Below are positions 10,388 through 20,525 of a DNA stretch of 64,000 bases, in pieces. This DNA comes from Chthoniobacterales bacterium (GTDB lineage: Bacteria; Verrucomicrobiota; Verrucomicrobiia; Chthoniobacterales; JAFAMB01): NCBI GenBank assembly GCA_035938215.1, contig DASZHC010000054.1, positions 830 through 64,829 of the forward strand, in the 5' to 3' direction. A model generated the notes under the pieces. The model was not told where the DNA came from and searched no databases. It saw only the letters and a program-made list of their open reading frames with translations. The translations under genes and the position numbers were made by a program. Within the stretch, counting starts at the first letter, position 1. Every line of letters begins with the position of its first letter.

Positions 10388-11437
10388 ATGAAATATCGTA
10401 CTTATCGCAACACCGATCTGACCGTAAGCGAAGTCGGATTTGGGCTCTGGACGGTCTCGACGGGTTGGTGGGGTGACTTCACCGAGGAGCAGGCCGTCGG
10501 TCTGATGCGAAAAGCACTGGATCTGGGCATAACCTTGTACGACGCCGCAGATACCTACGGGAATGGCTTGAGCGAAGAATTGATAGCCAAGGCCTTCCGG
10601 CAGCACCGCGATCAGATTGTGATCGCCACAAAGATCGGATACGATTTTGTGCATTACGGAAATGAGCGGCGTGGTCAACGGGAAATACCGCAGGACTTTT
10701 CGCCTGAGGCTTTGACTCGCGCCACGGAAGCCGCGTTAAGGCGCCTGCAAACGGATCGGATCGACCTTTTGCAACTCCACAATATTCGCATGGCACAGGT
10801 CAGCGAGGACTCTATCTGGGAAACGCTCGAAAGGCTGCGCGACAAAGGATGGGTGCGATTTTACGGGATCGCTTTAGGACCGGCAATCGGGTGGATGTAC
10901 GAAGGGATCAACTGCGTCAAAGAGCGGCCGGTGACGAGTGTGCAACATATTTATAATATGCTTGAACAGCATCCCGGCGCAGCGATTCATAACGCTGCGA
11001 CAGAGTCAGGAAGAGATACAATGTTCCTGATTCGTGTACCACATTCCTCAGGCATGCTAGAGGGCCACTACACGCTGGAGACCAAGTTCCCGCCAGGCGA
11101 TCACCGGAATCATCGTCCACGCTCATGGCTTGTGAATGGCGTAAAAAAGGTGGAGCAGCTTCGATTTTTGGAATCTCCTCTCCGAACGCTCGCGCAGGCT
11201 GCATTGCTCTGGCTTCTAAAAGATGAACGAGTTGCTTCAGTTTTGCCGAATATCTATGACGAAAAGCAGCTATCTGAATTCGCTACGGCCACAGAAGCTC
11301 CTGATTTCACCGATAAGGAAATGGAAAAAGTCAGCTCCCTTTATAGATCGAATTTTGGCATAAAGGAGGACGATCCTCCGAAGTTCAAGGGAACAATGAG
11401 CCCGGCTTTGACTGTAAATTCCGGCGCCGGCGCTTAA
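10388..11437 (+). CDS. aldo/keto reductase
   Basis: 349 aa. LYDAADTYGNGLSEE and RIDLLQLHN patterns. Confidence 0.85.
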   Translation: MKYRTYRNTDLTVSEVGFGLWTVSTGWWGDFTEEQAVGLMRKALDLGITLYDAADTYGNGLSEELIAKAFRQHRDQIVIATKIGYDFVHYGNERRGQREIPQDFSPEALTRATEAALRRLQTDRIDLLQLHNIRMAQVSEDSIWETLERLRDKGWVRFYGIALGPAIGWMYEGINCVKERPVTSVQHIYNMLEQHPGAAIHNAATESGRDTMFLIRVPHSSGMLEGHYTLETKFPPGDHRNHRPRSWLVNGVKKVEQLRFLESPLRTLAQAALLWLLKDERVASVLPNIYDEKQLSEFATATEAPDFTDKEMEKVSSLYRSNFGIKEDDPPKFKGTMSPALTVNSGAGA

Positions 11438-11557
11438 GGAAACAAGCTCTCAGGCACTGGTGTGGAAGCTATTGGGAGGCAAAGAGTTAGAAATTACGCT
11501 AGAGAGCCACATTGTGGGTGGTTTCGCCTTCTAAAGCGATTGCTGGTAGGCTAGCGA

Positions 11558-11653
11558 GGTAGGGCCGGATCTCCGAGCCGGTCGTTCTGACGAGGCAGAC
11601 TCGTAAGGCAAGGACGCTATGCTCGGCGGGCAGCTCGGAGATCTGCCCCTACC
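11558..11653. repeat. family A double-hairpin palindromic element (copy A2, reference copy)
   Basis: GGTAGGGCCGGATCTCCGAGCCGGTC ...core... GGGCAGCTCGGAGATCTGCCCCTACC. Confidence 0.85.
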
Positions 11654-11713
11654 GTGGGTTACGAATCGCGCGGATCTATTCCATGTTCACAGAGATGCAG
11701 GTACTTGTGAACG

Positions 11714-12160
11714 CTAGCTATCGGTATCCATGCAGATAGTCACGGGGCCGTCGTTGACTAGGCTAACTTGCATGCGAGCTCCGAAAACGCCACGCCCAAC
11801 CGGCCTCCCGATTTCCTGTTCTAACCTCATACAGAACCTTTCATAGGTTTGCCGGGCTACGCCGGGAGCCGCCGCGCGAACGAAGGAAGGTCGATTTCCT
11901 TTCCGGGTTTCAGCGAGAAGAGTAAACTGGCTAACGACAAGTATTCCCCCGCCGACATCCTCAACCGAACGATTCATTGCGCCTGCCTCGTCGGGAAAAA
12001 TTCTGAGCCGAGAAACCTTTCCAACGAGCCAATCGAGTTCCTTTTCGGTGTCGCCGTCCTGTACGCCGAGCAAAATCAGGAGCCCGGGGCCGATTTCGCT
12101 AATAAGGCGCTCTTCTACTGTGACCGAAGCCTTTGCTACACGCTGAATCACCACCTTCAT
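11714..12160 (-). CDS. dtd: D-aminoacyl-tRNA deacylase
   Basis: Start taken at MKVVIQRV (CAT at 12158-12160). SQFTL and NDGPVTI motifs present. The 85-codon upstream extension of ORF 11714..12415 reads through repeat A3 and is not coding. Confidence 0.9.
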   Translation of the reverse strand: MKVVIQRVAKASVTVEERLISEIGPGLLILLGVQDGDTEKELDWLVGKVSRLRIFPDEAGAMNRSVEDVGGGILVVSQFTLLAETRKGNRPSFVRAAAPGVARQTYERFCMRLEQEIGRPVGRGVFGARMQVSLVNDGPVTICMDTDS

Positions 12161-12224
12161 CGCACTCGATCTAAAACCTTGGCGCGGGTTCGCAAGCAAA
12201 AACCCTTCTTCGAGCTTCTTGCGC

Positions 12225-12366
12225 GGTAGGGGTAGATCTCCGAGCTGCCCGCGCAGAGGGGCGATTCCGATGCAACCTTCGTAGATTGCGGCTGCGAGGG
12301 ACCGCAGCCCTCCAAGCCTTGCGAGTCTGCGTCCTAATAACGGTCGGCTCGGAGATTCGGCCCTGC
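12225..12366. repeat. family A element with a nested family F module (copy A3/F1)
   Basis: Arms GGTAGGGGTAGATCTCCGAGCTGCCC and CGGCTCGGAGATTCGGCCCTGC. The interior carries CTTCGTAGATTGCGGCTGCGAGGGACCGCAGCCCTCCAAGC (12277-12317). Confidence 0.75.
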
Positions 12367-12422
12367 GTCGCAGCTGCGCTTGGAACGTCACTCGTTCATG
12401 TGTAGGTTGCGCCAATTGTTTA

Positions 12423-13223
12423 ATGAATGCTCTTACTGCTTTATTTCTTGCGCTACTCGTTGGCGCAAGTGTCGCTTTTTACCTTCGGATTTTCCGATTA
12501 ATTTATTTGCAAGCCGGCGGGAAAGTTGTTGCGAGCCATTTCGCCCGGCCTGATGCCTACGTGGCTCTCGGCTGTGTCACCATGTTTATCGTTCAATGCT
12601 TCCAGAGCCTGAATGGAAATAGAGGCACGTTGCCCGCTACAATCGACACCACACTTCTCTTCATGGTTCAGCTTGGGTTTTGGATCTTTGTGATTGGAGT
12701 CATTGTTTTGTCTTTCGTGTTGCGCGGCATGCATCCCAGCGCGCTCTTTGGATTCGATCGTCTCGGTTTCTCTAAAGTGTTTTTCCTTGGTTTGGGTCTC
12801 CTCTTTGCGGCGTTGCCCTTGATTCTGGCCAGCAGTACGCTGATTAGCGACTTTTTACGCTCCAATGCCCAGCGAGATACTCAGCCGATTATGCAGCTTT
12901 TTGAGCGGGCAAGCGATCCGGGCAAGCGCGTGCCGCTGATCATTCTTGCGGTCGTGATCGCGCCGATTTCCGAGGAATTCGTTTTTCGCGGGTTCCTTTA
13001 CGGAGTGCTCAAGAGGTTTGCGGGTGCGCTGCCTGCCTTGTTTTTCTCTGCTCTCTTGTTCTCTTTGATTCACATGCATATTCCTTCTTTGCTGCCTCTC
13101 TTCCTGTTGGGATGCGTGTTGACGTTTGCCTACGAACTTTCGGGATCGTTGCTGGTCCCGATGGCCATGCACGCATTTTTCAATACTCTCACGCTCGTTC
13201 AGGTGTTTTTTGCGGGTAGATGA
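12423..13223 (+). CDS. CPBP family intramembrane glutamic endopeptidase
   Basis: 266 aa, multi-TM. EEFVFRG, LIHMH and MHAFFN motifs. Confidence 0.8.
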   Translation: MNALTALFLALLVGASVAFYLRIFRLIYLQAGGKVVASHFARPDAYVALGCVTMFIVQCFQSLNGNRGTLPATIDTTLLFMVQLGFWIFVIGVIVLSFVLRGMHPSALFGFDRLGFSKVFFLGLGLLFAALPLILASSTLISDFLRSNAQRDTQPIMQLFERASDPGKRVPLIILAVVIAPISEEFVFRGFLYGVLKRFAGALPALFFSALLFSLIHMHIPSLLPLFLLGCVLTFAYELSGSLLVPMAMHAFFNTLTLVQVFFAGR

Positions 13224-14107
13224 AGCTGAATGAGCTTGGTGAAGATGAAGTTATACGGGGCTTGACCCGCGGATTGAAGTTGGATCGCCGCGTCGTTCTT
13301 GGTCCCGGCGATGACTGCGCAGTCGTGAAAACTGCGGGTAATCTTCAGTTGCTGAAATCAGATTGCATCGTTGAAGGGATCCATTTCCTTGCCGATGCCG
13401 ATCCAATGTGGGTTGGCTGGAAAGCGATGTGCCGCTCAATCAGCGACATAGCGTCGATGGGCGGGTTGCCTCTGGATGCGTTAGTGACTGTGGCAATCCG
13501 CTCCGATGTCGAATTTGAATGGTTGAAGGAGCTTTATCGAGGATTGCGTAAGGCAGCCTCTACCTACCTGGTGAACCTGGTCGGCGGAGAAACAGCAAGA
13601 TCGCCGGGGCCACTTTTTTTGTCGGTCACGTTAACCGGTATGGCCGAAAAAGGAAAATATGTTAGTCGCTCGGGAGGCAGGAGGGGGGACTGGCTCTTCG
13701 TTACCGGAAAGCTGGGGGGCTCGATCGATGGCAAACATCTCCGGTTTTCACCGCGAGTGAGAGAAGCTCGCTGGTTGGTCGGCCGTTTTCCGATTCATGC
13801 CATGATGGATTTGAGTGACGGTCTCGGAAGTGATCTTCCCCGTCTGGCGGCCGCAAGCGGTGTGGGATTTGAAGTGGCCCTCAAAAATCTCCCTCTGAAC
13901 AAAGGTTGCGTTCCGGAAAACGCAGTACGGGACGGAGAAGACTACGAACTGCTTTTCGCGGTTCCGAGGGCCGTCAAATCGCGCCTTGAATTCGAATGGA
14001 AGAAAGCCTTCCCCAGATTGCAGCTCACCCCCATTGGACGGCTGGTTGATTCCGGCCGTTATGAATTCGAGCAAAAGGGGTTCGACCATTTTCGAGGCAG
14101 CACATGA
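13220..14107 (+). CDS. thiL: thiamine-monophosphate kinase
   Basis: 295 aa. PGDDCAV and GGETARSP patterns. 4-nt overlap with the upstream ORF. Confidence 0.85.
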   Translation: MKLNELGEDEVIRGLTRGLKLDRRVVLGPGDDCAVVKTAGNLQLLKSDCIVEGIHFLADADPMWVGWKAMCRSISDIASMGGLPLDALVTVAIRSDVEFEWLKELYRGLRKAASTYLVNLVGGETARSPGPLFLSVTLTGMAEKGKYVSRSGGRRGDWLFVTGKLGGSIDGKHLRFSPRVREARWLVGRFPIHAMMDLSDGLGSDLPRLAAASGVGFEVALKNLPLNKGCVPENAVRDGEDYELLFAVPRAVKSRLEFEWKKAFPRLQLTPIGRLVDSGRYEFEQKGFDHFRGST

Positions 14108-14523
14108 TTTCTCCGAACGAATGGATTTCCAAAAGCCCGGATCAGACGCGGTTCATCGCGGCTGGTCTGGCAAGAAGCCTGATCGCCGGTTCAGTGATCA
14201 AACTGGTGGGCGATCTGGGGGCAGGCAAGACCGAATTCGTTAAGGGTCTTGCAACAGGCCTTAACTACAGGAACGTCGTCACAAGTCCGACGTTTACTCT
14301 GGTGCAAGAATATCGCGGGGGGAGATTGCCATTGTTTCATATGGACCTCTATCGCCTGAATGAAGAAGCCGAGCTGGACGATATCGGGTTTGAAGACTAC
14401 CTGAGAGCCGGCGGTATTTGTGCCGTCGAATGGGCGGACAAATTTCCTGGTCGCATGCCGCATGATTCCGTTGAGATTGTCCTGACCATTCGCGAAAACA
14501 CCACGCGAAGGATCACGTGGTGA
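14104..14523 (+). CDS. tsaE: tRNA t6A37 biosynthesis ATPase TsaE
   Basis: 139 aa. P-loop GDLGAGKTEFVKG, SPTFTLVQEY, HMDLYRL. Confidence 0.85.
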   Translation: MISPNEWISKSPDQTRFIAAGLARSLIAGSVIKLVGDLGAGKTEFVKGLATGLNYRNVVTSPTFTLVQEYRGGRLPLFHMDLYRLNEEAELDDIGFEDYLRAGGICAVEWADKFPGRMPHDSVEIVLTIRENTTRRITW

Positions 14524-15092
14524 AGAGTCTTCTGATCGAAAATTCGACCGACATCGGAACCGTAGCTCTGGCGGATGGCATCAAGGTTCTTGCGCTAGGC
14601 GAGATCACGAAGCACGGGATGCTCTCGGCTACGATCCGTGATCTCGTTTTGGAATTCGGTCCTCCGGACGAAATCATCGTTGGCCTGGGGCCCGGCTCAT
14701 ATGCCGGTAGTCGAGTAGCTGTTGCGACCGTGATCGGTCTTAAAATTGGATTCAGATGCCCAGCATTTGGTTGCCCATCTGTGCTTGCATACGGAGCGGC
14801 GACCTACTATGTCGTCGGCGACGCGAGACGTGGCTCCGTATTTCTGGCGAGCATTGAAGAGAACCGATTGGTTCGCGTGCCGGAACTACGTTCTGGTGAG
14901 GAGTTTCGTCTCCTGTTGCCGGAGCTCCGCAGCCGAGCGGTTTTTGCGGTTGGGCCAATCCCCGGCGTAGTCGATGTTCCGATCGTGCGGCCTCGTGCCG
15001 AATATTTGTTATCGCGTCGAGATTCGTTCCAGCCTTCTTTGGAGCCGCTTTACCTGAAGGAGCCGCACATCACACAACCTAAGAAGAGCTAG
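14517..15092 (+). CDS. tsaB: tRNA t6A37 biosynthesis protein TsaB
   Basis: 191 aa. GLGPGSYAGSRVAVA matches the GPGSFTGLRIG region. Lies directly after tsaE. Confidence 0.65.
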   Translation: MVKSLLIENSTDIGTVALADGIKVLALGEITKHGMLSATIRDLVLEFGPPDEIIVGLGPGSYAGSRVAVATVIGLKIGFRCPAFGCPSVLAYGAATYYVVGDARRGSVFLASIEENRLVRVPELRSGEEFRLLLPELRSRAVFAVGPIPGVVDVPIVRPRAEYLLSRRDSFQPSLEPLYLKEPHITQPKKS

Positions 15093-15510
15093 CCCCTCGG
15101 CTTTTTGCCGTCCAGACGAATGGCGCATTCAGCCACTCCGTGCCCACCGTGTCCTCCGTGTGAGGCTTTTCCTCTCCTCATTGTTTGACGAGCGCGTTTT
15201 AATATGGTCCCCAGAACCAAATCAACGGGGTCAGGACGATTCTAGCCGAACAGATCGTCCCTTTCGGGGTTTCAGAGGCGGCGACCGGGGCCCATCTGTT
15301 CAATCAAGCCGGGCGGCGGCGAGGCGCGCGCGTGGATTCATTTTTTGCTGCCTCAGCGATACTCGCTGGCGCTCCGTTATTGACCAAAAACCTTGCGGAC
15401 TTTGAGATCTTCGAACCATTCGGCCTTCAGCTTCAGAGGTAGGCAATAGGGAGGCCGCTTCACCCCAATCCCTTGACAGATCGCGGAGGTTCGTGGGCCG
15501 GGGTTGGGTC

Positions 15511-15708
15511 TCAAGCGCCACAACATTTTTTGTACTTTCTGCCACTGCCACAGGGACAGGGTTCGTTTCGACCAGGTTTGGGCGCCTGCAACCGGATTGT
15601 TTTTGTCCTTAGGGCGCGGCGATACAACCGGCGCAACCGGGTTTGGCGCTTGGCCAAGACGGAATCTAAGTCCGGCTGGACTTCTTTTAGCGCATCGTCG
15701 GATATCAA
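15511..15708 (-). CDS. small SEC-C motif (SecA C-terminal zinc-binding type) protein
   Basis: 65 aa ending [18 protein letters not shown] start, so the start is uncertain. Confidence 0.6.
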   Translation of the reverse strand: MISDDALKEVQPDLDSVLAKRQTRLRRLYRRALRTKTIRLQAPKPGRNEPCPCGSGRKYKKCCGA

Positions 15709-15790
15709 GGTCTGTGCTCACTCTAATCAGCCTTCAGAGTGAGCCTGAACTCGACGGAGACCCGTCGAGCATATATTGGTTGCAGGCGGA

Positions 15791-17083
15791 ATGAAAATTG
15801 TTGTTGCTTATTCGGGGGGACTCGACACCTCGGTAATTCTGAAATGGATAAAAGAGACCTACGCTGCTGATGTCGTCGCGTTTTGCGCTGATATCGGTCA
15901 AGAAGAGGAATTGGATGGATTGGAGCAGAAGGCTCTGAAAACCGGCGCGTCCAAATGCTATGTGGATGATTTGCGCGAGGAATTTGCGCGAGATTTCATT
16001 TTTCCAATGTTTCAAGCATCGGCGCTTTACGAAAATCAGTATTTCCTGGGGACGAGCATTGCCCGGCCGCTGATCGCAAAAAGGATGGTCGAGATTGCCC
16101 GCGCCGAGGGGGCCGAGGCGGTTGCGCATGGCGCAACGGGCAAAGGCAACGACCAGGTTCGCTTCGAATTGACGGTTGCGGCTCTAGCTCCACATATCAG
16201 AGTGATTGCCCCATGGCGGCTTGAAGAGTTTCGTGAAAGATTTCCCGGTCGAGCGGAAATGATCCGATACGCCGAAGAGCAGGGAATTCCTGTCGCTGCG
16301 AGCGCAAAAAAGCCGTATTCGATGGATCGCAACCTCCTCCATATAAGTTTTGAAAGCGGCGTTCTGGAAGATCCCTGGATTGACGCGAGCAGTCCCGAAA
16401 TGCGCGACATGTACAAGCTAAGCGTCTCTCCGGAAGACGCCCCTGACGCCAGTGAATATGTAGAGCTTGAGTTTGAGAAAGGGTCTTGCGTTGCGCTCAG
16501 CCACCCAAATATCAGCGAGATTCTGGATCGAATAGGCTCGTCTTCGGAAGCTCGTGGAGGCCGAGTTCAGCTGTCCCCATTCTGGATCATGAAAGCTCTG
16601 AATTTTCTGGGGGGCCGAAATGGAATTGGCAGGGTCGACATGGTTGAGAATCGCTTCGTCGGCATGAAAAGCCGAGGGGTCTATGAGACGCCCGGAGGCG
16701 CAATCCTGTTTTTTTCGCACCGGCAGATCGAATCCCTGACGATGGATCGCGAAGTGATGCATATCAGAGACGCCCTGGGCCCGAAGTATGCGGAGCTTGT
16801 TTATAACGGCTTCTGGTTTGCCCCGGAGCGCGAAGCGATTCAGGCGCTACTGAGCGAATCGCAAAAGAACGTTTCCGGCGTCGTGCGAGTAAAATTGTAC
16901 AAAGGAAACATTATTGCGGCCGGACGAAGGAGCCCGGTAAGTCTCTATAATCCTGATATCGCGACGATGGAGGCGGATCCCACCAAGGCGTACAATCAAT
17001 CGGATGCGACGGGCTTTATCGCGCTGAACGCGCTTCGTTTGAAAGTTGCTGCGAAAGTTCACGGAAGCATTTCCGGCTCTTAA
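15791..17083 (+). CDS. argG: argininosuccinate synthase
   Basis: Start at [14 protein letters not shown] (ATG 15791). [13 protein letters not shown] motif. Confidence 0.95.
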   Translation: MKIVVAYSGGLDTSVILKWIKETYAADVVAFCADIGQEEELDGLEQKALKTGASKCYVDDLREEFARDFIFPMFQASALYENQYFLGTSIARPLIAKRMVEIARAEGAEAVAHGATGKGNDQVRFELTVAALAPHIRVIAPWRLEEFRERFPGRAEMIRYAEEQGIPVAASAKKPYSMDRNLLHISFESGVLEDPWIDASSPEMRDMYKLSVSPEDAPDASEYVELEFEKGSCVALSHPNISEILDRIGSSSEARGGRVQLSPFWIMKALNFLGGRNGIGRVDMVENRFVGMKSRGVYETPGGAILFFSHRQIESLTMDREVMHIRDALGPKYAELVYNGFWFAPEREAIQALLSESQKNVSGVVRVKLYKGNIIAAGRRSPVSLYNPDIATMEADPTKAYNQSDATGFIALNALRLKVAAKVHGSISGS

Positions 17084-17130
17084 TTAAGCCTGAAAATTTC
17101 GTGCGATAGACGAACGGGAATCTTGCCGAA

Positions 17131-17399
17131 GGCTCACGCAAAGGTACGCGGAGGTACGCAAAGGCATGGATTTAAAGTTTGTTCGCTATGCGGCGGATCC
17201 CTTGGTGTTCGTCGCCAAAGCTAATCAAGAGACATGTTCAAATAGTCCGGGGCCAAGCACGGAGTGAACGCGAAAGGCGGAATCCAAAATCACTTTCGAT
17301 AGAGCATTCCGGCTCTTATGGCATAACACTCTATTAGAATGTATCGGATAGCTTCAAATCTGATCCTTTGCGTGCCTCGGCGTACCTCTGCGCGAGGCC
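17131..17399. repeat. family D: 269-bp element with imperfect inverted termini of about 48 bp
   Basis: 17131-17177 GGCTCACGCAAAGGTACGCGGAGGTACGCAAAGGCATGGATTTAAAG resembles the reverse complement of 17351-17399 (about 80% by eye). Lies in the argG/glpD convergent gap. Confidence 0.6.
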
Positions 17400-17421
17400 C
17401 AAATATCTGAGTGCCCGAAAC

Positions 17422-19002
17422 TCAATTACTTTTCGGCTTAAGCTGATAATTTCTTGCGACGCCCCTGAATGCCTCGACCTGATTTTGCTGCCAGCCTGTG
17501 TCGCGTCCCAATTCTTTAGCCAATAATTCGGCGACAGCCGGAGCCGCATCTACAGCTGCCGTGGAATCGAGCAGCAGCGCGCGAGTCCTTCGCGCAAGTA
17601 CATCCTCGACCGTACGCGCCATTTCTTCGCGCACTGCCCAAACAACTTCGGCCTTCATATAGGGAAGCCTGCGATCGAGGGGCGCGTCAAGCTCTTTGTC
17701 CGATGCTGCCAGCTCATTGATCCTCGCACGATCGGCCCCGTAGACAGCCAAATGGAGAGGGGATGCAAAAGTTTCCACGCTCCGGCTGTGCCCGTGAAGT
17801 GGAAGCTCAGATGTACGTGAAGGAGCGGAGGGCAACCCGGCGAGTTTGATGACCTGATCGATGCAGTCTTCGCCCATCCGGCGATAGGTTGTCCATTTGC
17901 CTCCAGTGATTGTGACCAAGCCGGAAGCAGAAATAGCGACAGTGTGTTCGCGGGATAATCCTGACGTTTTGCTGGCGTGTCCAGCCTTGACCAAAGGCCG
18001 AAGCCCAGCGTAGCAAGAAAGCGCGTCTGATTCGGTTGGATCCTTTGCGAGATACTTGCCTGCTTCAGAAAGAATAAATGCAATTTCGTGGGCCTGGATG
18101 CGGGGCTCTTCCACCGGCTCAGGAACTGGTCCGTCAGTGGTGCCGAGAATCACCCGGTCGTGCCACGGTATGCCAAACAGAACCCTGCCATCAGAGGTCT
18201 TGGGCACCATCAGCGCCGAGGTGCCCGGTAGAAAAGTCCGCGGCAGAACCAAATGCGCGCCCTGACTAACCGCGAGCATCTTCTCCGTTCCCGGCGCATC
18301 CATTTGCCGGATCGAATCGACGAAAACTCCGGTCGCATTAACGACCGCTCGAGCCCTAACTTCAAACTCCGACCCGCTCTCTCGATCCCGAATCACCGCT
18401 CCGACTACTTTGCCGCCGTGCTTAGTAATTCCGACGACTTCGGCGTAATTGACCGGGAAGCCGCCAAGATCCGAAAGCGTATGCGCCAGAGTCACGGCCA
18501 GTCGCGCGTCATCAAACTGCCCATCAAGATAAAGAATCCCCCCTTTCAGGTGGTTCTGTTCGACCGTAGGCAGATGGCGAATGGTTTCGGACTTGCCTAA
18601 CGCTTTAGAGGGACCAAGAGAGAGCTTTCCCGACAATCTATCGTAAATTCCTAAGCCGATTGCATAAAACGGAATTTCCCAGAGGCGATAAGCAGGGATC
18701 ACGAACTTGAGCGGATGGACAAGGTGAGGGGCATTCTTTAGCATCAACCCTCTCTCATGCAGGGCTTCCCTCACCAACGCGATATTGCCTTGTTGCAGGT
18801 AGCGAACGCCGCCATGAGCCAATTTCGTCGCGCGGCTCGAGGTTCCCTTTGCAAAATCCGTTTTTTCCACAAGAAGGGTTCGAAATCCGCGCGACGCGGC
18901 CTCCACTGCGGTGCCGAGACCCGTCGCTCCGCCGCCTAGAACCAGGCAATCCCAGACGATTGACGAGTCTGAGATTGCTTGGATTGCAACGCTCCTGTCC
19001 AC
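17422..19002 (-). CDS. glpD: FAD-dependent glycerol-3-phosphate dehydrogenase
   Basis: 526 aa. VLGGGATGLGTAVEAASRG dinucleotide fold. Adjacent to glpK and glpF. Confidence 0.9.
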   Translation of the reverse strand: MDRSVAIQAISDSSIVWDCLVLGGGATGLGTAVEAASRGFRTLLVEKTDFAKGTSSRATKLAHGGVRYLQQGNIALVREALHERGLMLKNAPHLVHPLKFVIPAYRLWEIPFYAIGLGIYDRLSGKLSLGPSKALGKSETIRHLPTVEQNHLKGGILYLDGQFDDARLAVTLAHTLSDLGGFPVNYAEVVGITKHGGKVVGAVIRDRESGSEFEVRARAVVNATGVFVDSIRQMDAPGTEKMLAVSQGAHLVLPRTFLPGTSALMVPKTSDGRVLFGIPWHDRVILGTTDGPVPEPVEEPRIQAHEIAFILSEAGKYLAKDPTESDALSCYAGLRPLVKAGHASKTSGLSREHTVAISASGLVTITGGKWTTYRRMGEDCIDQVIKLAGLPSAPSRTSELPLHGHSRSVETFASPLHLAVYGADRARINELAASDKELDAPLDRRLPYMKAEVVWAVREEMARTVEDVLARRTRALLLDSTAAVDAAPAVAELLAKELGRDTGWQQNQVEAFRGVARNYQLKPKSN

Positions 19003-19018
19003 AACCGTGAAAGGCGTT

Positions 19019-20500
19019 TTACGCCCAGGCTTTCGCGCGTTCCAATGCTTTGTTCCAACCTGCGCGAAGTTTCTGGCGCTCGTCGCTTCCGATTTTTGGT
19101 TCGAACGTGCGGTCCGAGCCCCATTGCGACTCGATTTCGCCGATCGAATTGTAGAAGCCGACGGCTAGGCCTGCCAGATATGCTGCGCCCATCGCCGTTG
19201 TCTCCGGGTTCGACGCACGCACCACCGGCACTCCGAGCAGGTCCGCCTGGAATTGCATGAGCAGGTTGTTACCGCACGCGCCGCCGTCGACTCGGAGTTC
19301 CGCCAATTTTATTGACGAGTCAGACTCCATCGCGGTCAGAATATCGGCAACTTGGTAGGCAATGCCCTCCAGAGCGGCTCGCGCGATGTGCGCCGCGGTG
19401 CTGCCGCGGGTGAGCCCGACAATTGCGCCTCTCGCATAGGCATCCCAGTGTGGAGCGCCAAGGCCGACAAAGGCTGGAACCAGATACACACCGCCGTTGT
19501 CTTGCACACTGGCTGCGAGACTTTCAACCTCAGGGGATGTTCGGATGATGCCGAGACCATCACGCAACCACTGTACGACGGCCCCTGCAATGAAGACGCT
19601 TCCTTCAAGCGCGTATTCGGTTATGTTATTCCTTCGCGACGCAATGGTCGTGAGGAGATTGTTTTTTGACGGGACGGCTTCGGTGCCGGTGTTCATCAGC
19701 ATAAAGCAGCCGGTACCGTAAGTATTTTTAGACATTCCGGGTTTACTGCACATCTGACCGAACAGAGCGGCTTGCTGATCACCGGCGATCCCTGCGATGG
19801 GAATTCCGGCTAACGTGCCGGCTGACGACACTCCGTAGACTTCACTTGAGCTCTTCGCGGCAGGCAGCACGGAGCGTGGTACGTGCAAAGCGTTAAGGAG
19901 CTCGTCATCCCAGTCCCGGGTGTGAATATTGAAAAGCATGGTTCGCGAGGCATTGGTTTCATCCGTCACGTGAACTTTGCCATCTGTCAGTTTCCAAATA
20001 AGCCAGGAGTCGACTGTTCCAAATGCGAGCTCGCCGCGCTCCGCTCTTTCCCGGACCCCCGGAACGTTGTCCAGGAGCCAGCGCACCTTTGTTCCAGAAA
20101 AGTAGGCGTCGATCACCAGTCCCGTTTTGCCCTGGATAAGCGGCAGCAGGCCATCGGCACGCATCTGATCGCAGATCGGAGCGGTTCTGCGGTCCTGCCA
20201 CACGATCGCATGGAAGACGGGTTCGCCCGTTTTTCGATCCCACAGAAGCGTGGTCTCACGCTGGTTTGTTATTCCGACGGCGGCGATGTCCGCCAAGCTG
20301 ATATTCGCGCGACCGATTGCGTCCGCTGCGACAGCAATCTGGCTCGCCCAGATTTCATTCGGATCGTGTTCGACCCAGCCAGGCTGGGGAAAGAACTGGG
20401 TAAATTCCATTTGTGCGACGGAGACAACTTTACCGGAGTGATCGATCACTAGAGCTCGAGAGCTCGTGGTACCCTGATCCAGAGTAATTAGGTATTTCAT
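19019..20500 (-). CDS. glpK: glycerol kinase (copy 1)
   Basis: Start at [15 protein letters not shown] (CAT at 20498-20500). Full-length FGGY kinase with canonical DQGTTSSR. Confidence 0.95.
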   Translation of the reverse strand: MKYLITLDQGTTSSRALVIDHSGKVVSVAQMEFTQFFPQPGWVEHDPNEIWASQIAVAADAIGRANISLADIAAVGITNQRETTLLWDRKTGEPVFHAIVWQDRRTAPICDQMRADGLLPLIQGKTGLVIDAYFSGTKVRWLLDNVPGVRERAERGELAFGTVDSWLIWKLTDGKVHVTDETNASRTMLFNIHTRDWDDELLNALHVPRSVLPAAKSSSEVYGVSSAGTLAGIPIAGIAGDQQAALFGQMCSKPGMSKNTYGTGCFMLMNTGTEAVPSKNNLLTTIASRRNNITEYALEGSVFIAGAVVQWLRDGLGIIRTSPEVESLAASVQDNGGVYLVPAFVGLGAPHWDAYARGAIVGLTRGSTAAHIARAALEGIAYQVADILTAMESDSSIKLAELRVDGGACGNNLLMQFQADLLGVPVVRASNPETTAMGAAYLAGLAVGFYNSIGEIESQWGSDRTFEPKIGSDERQKLRAGWNKALERAKAWA

Positions 20501-20525
20501 ATTATTTCCTTGAGATGCGTTTAGG

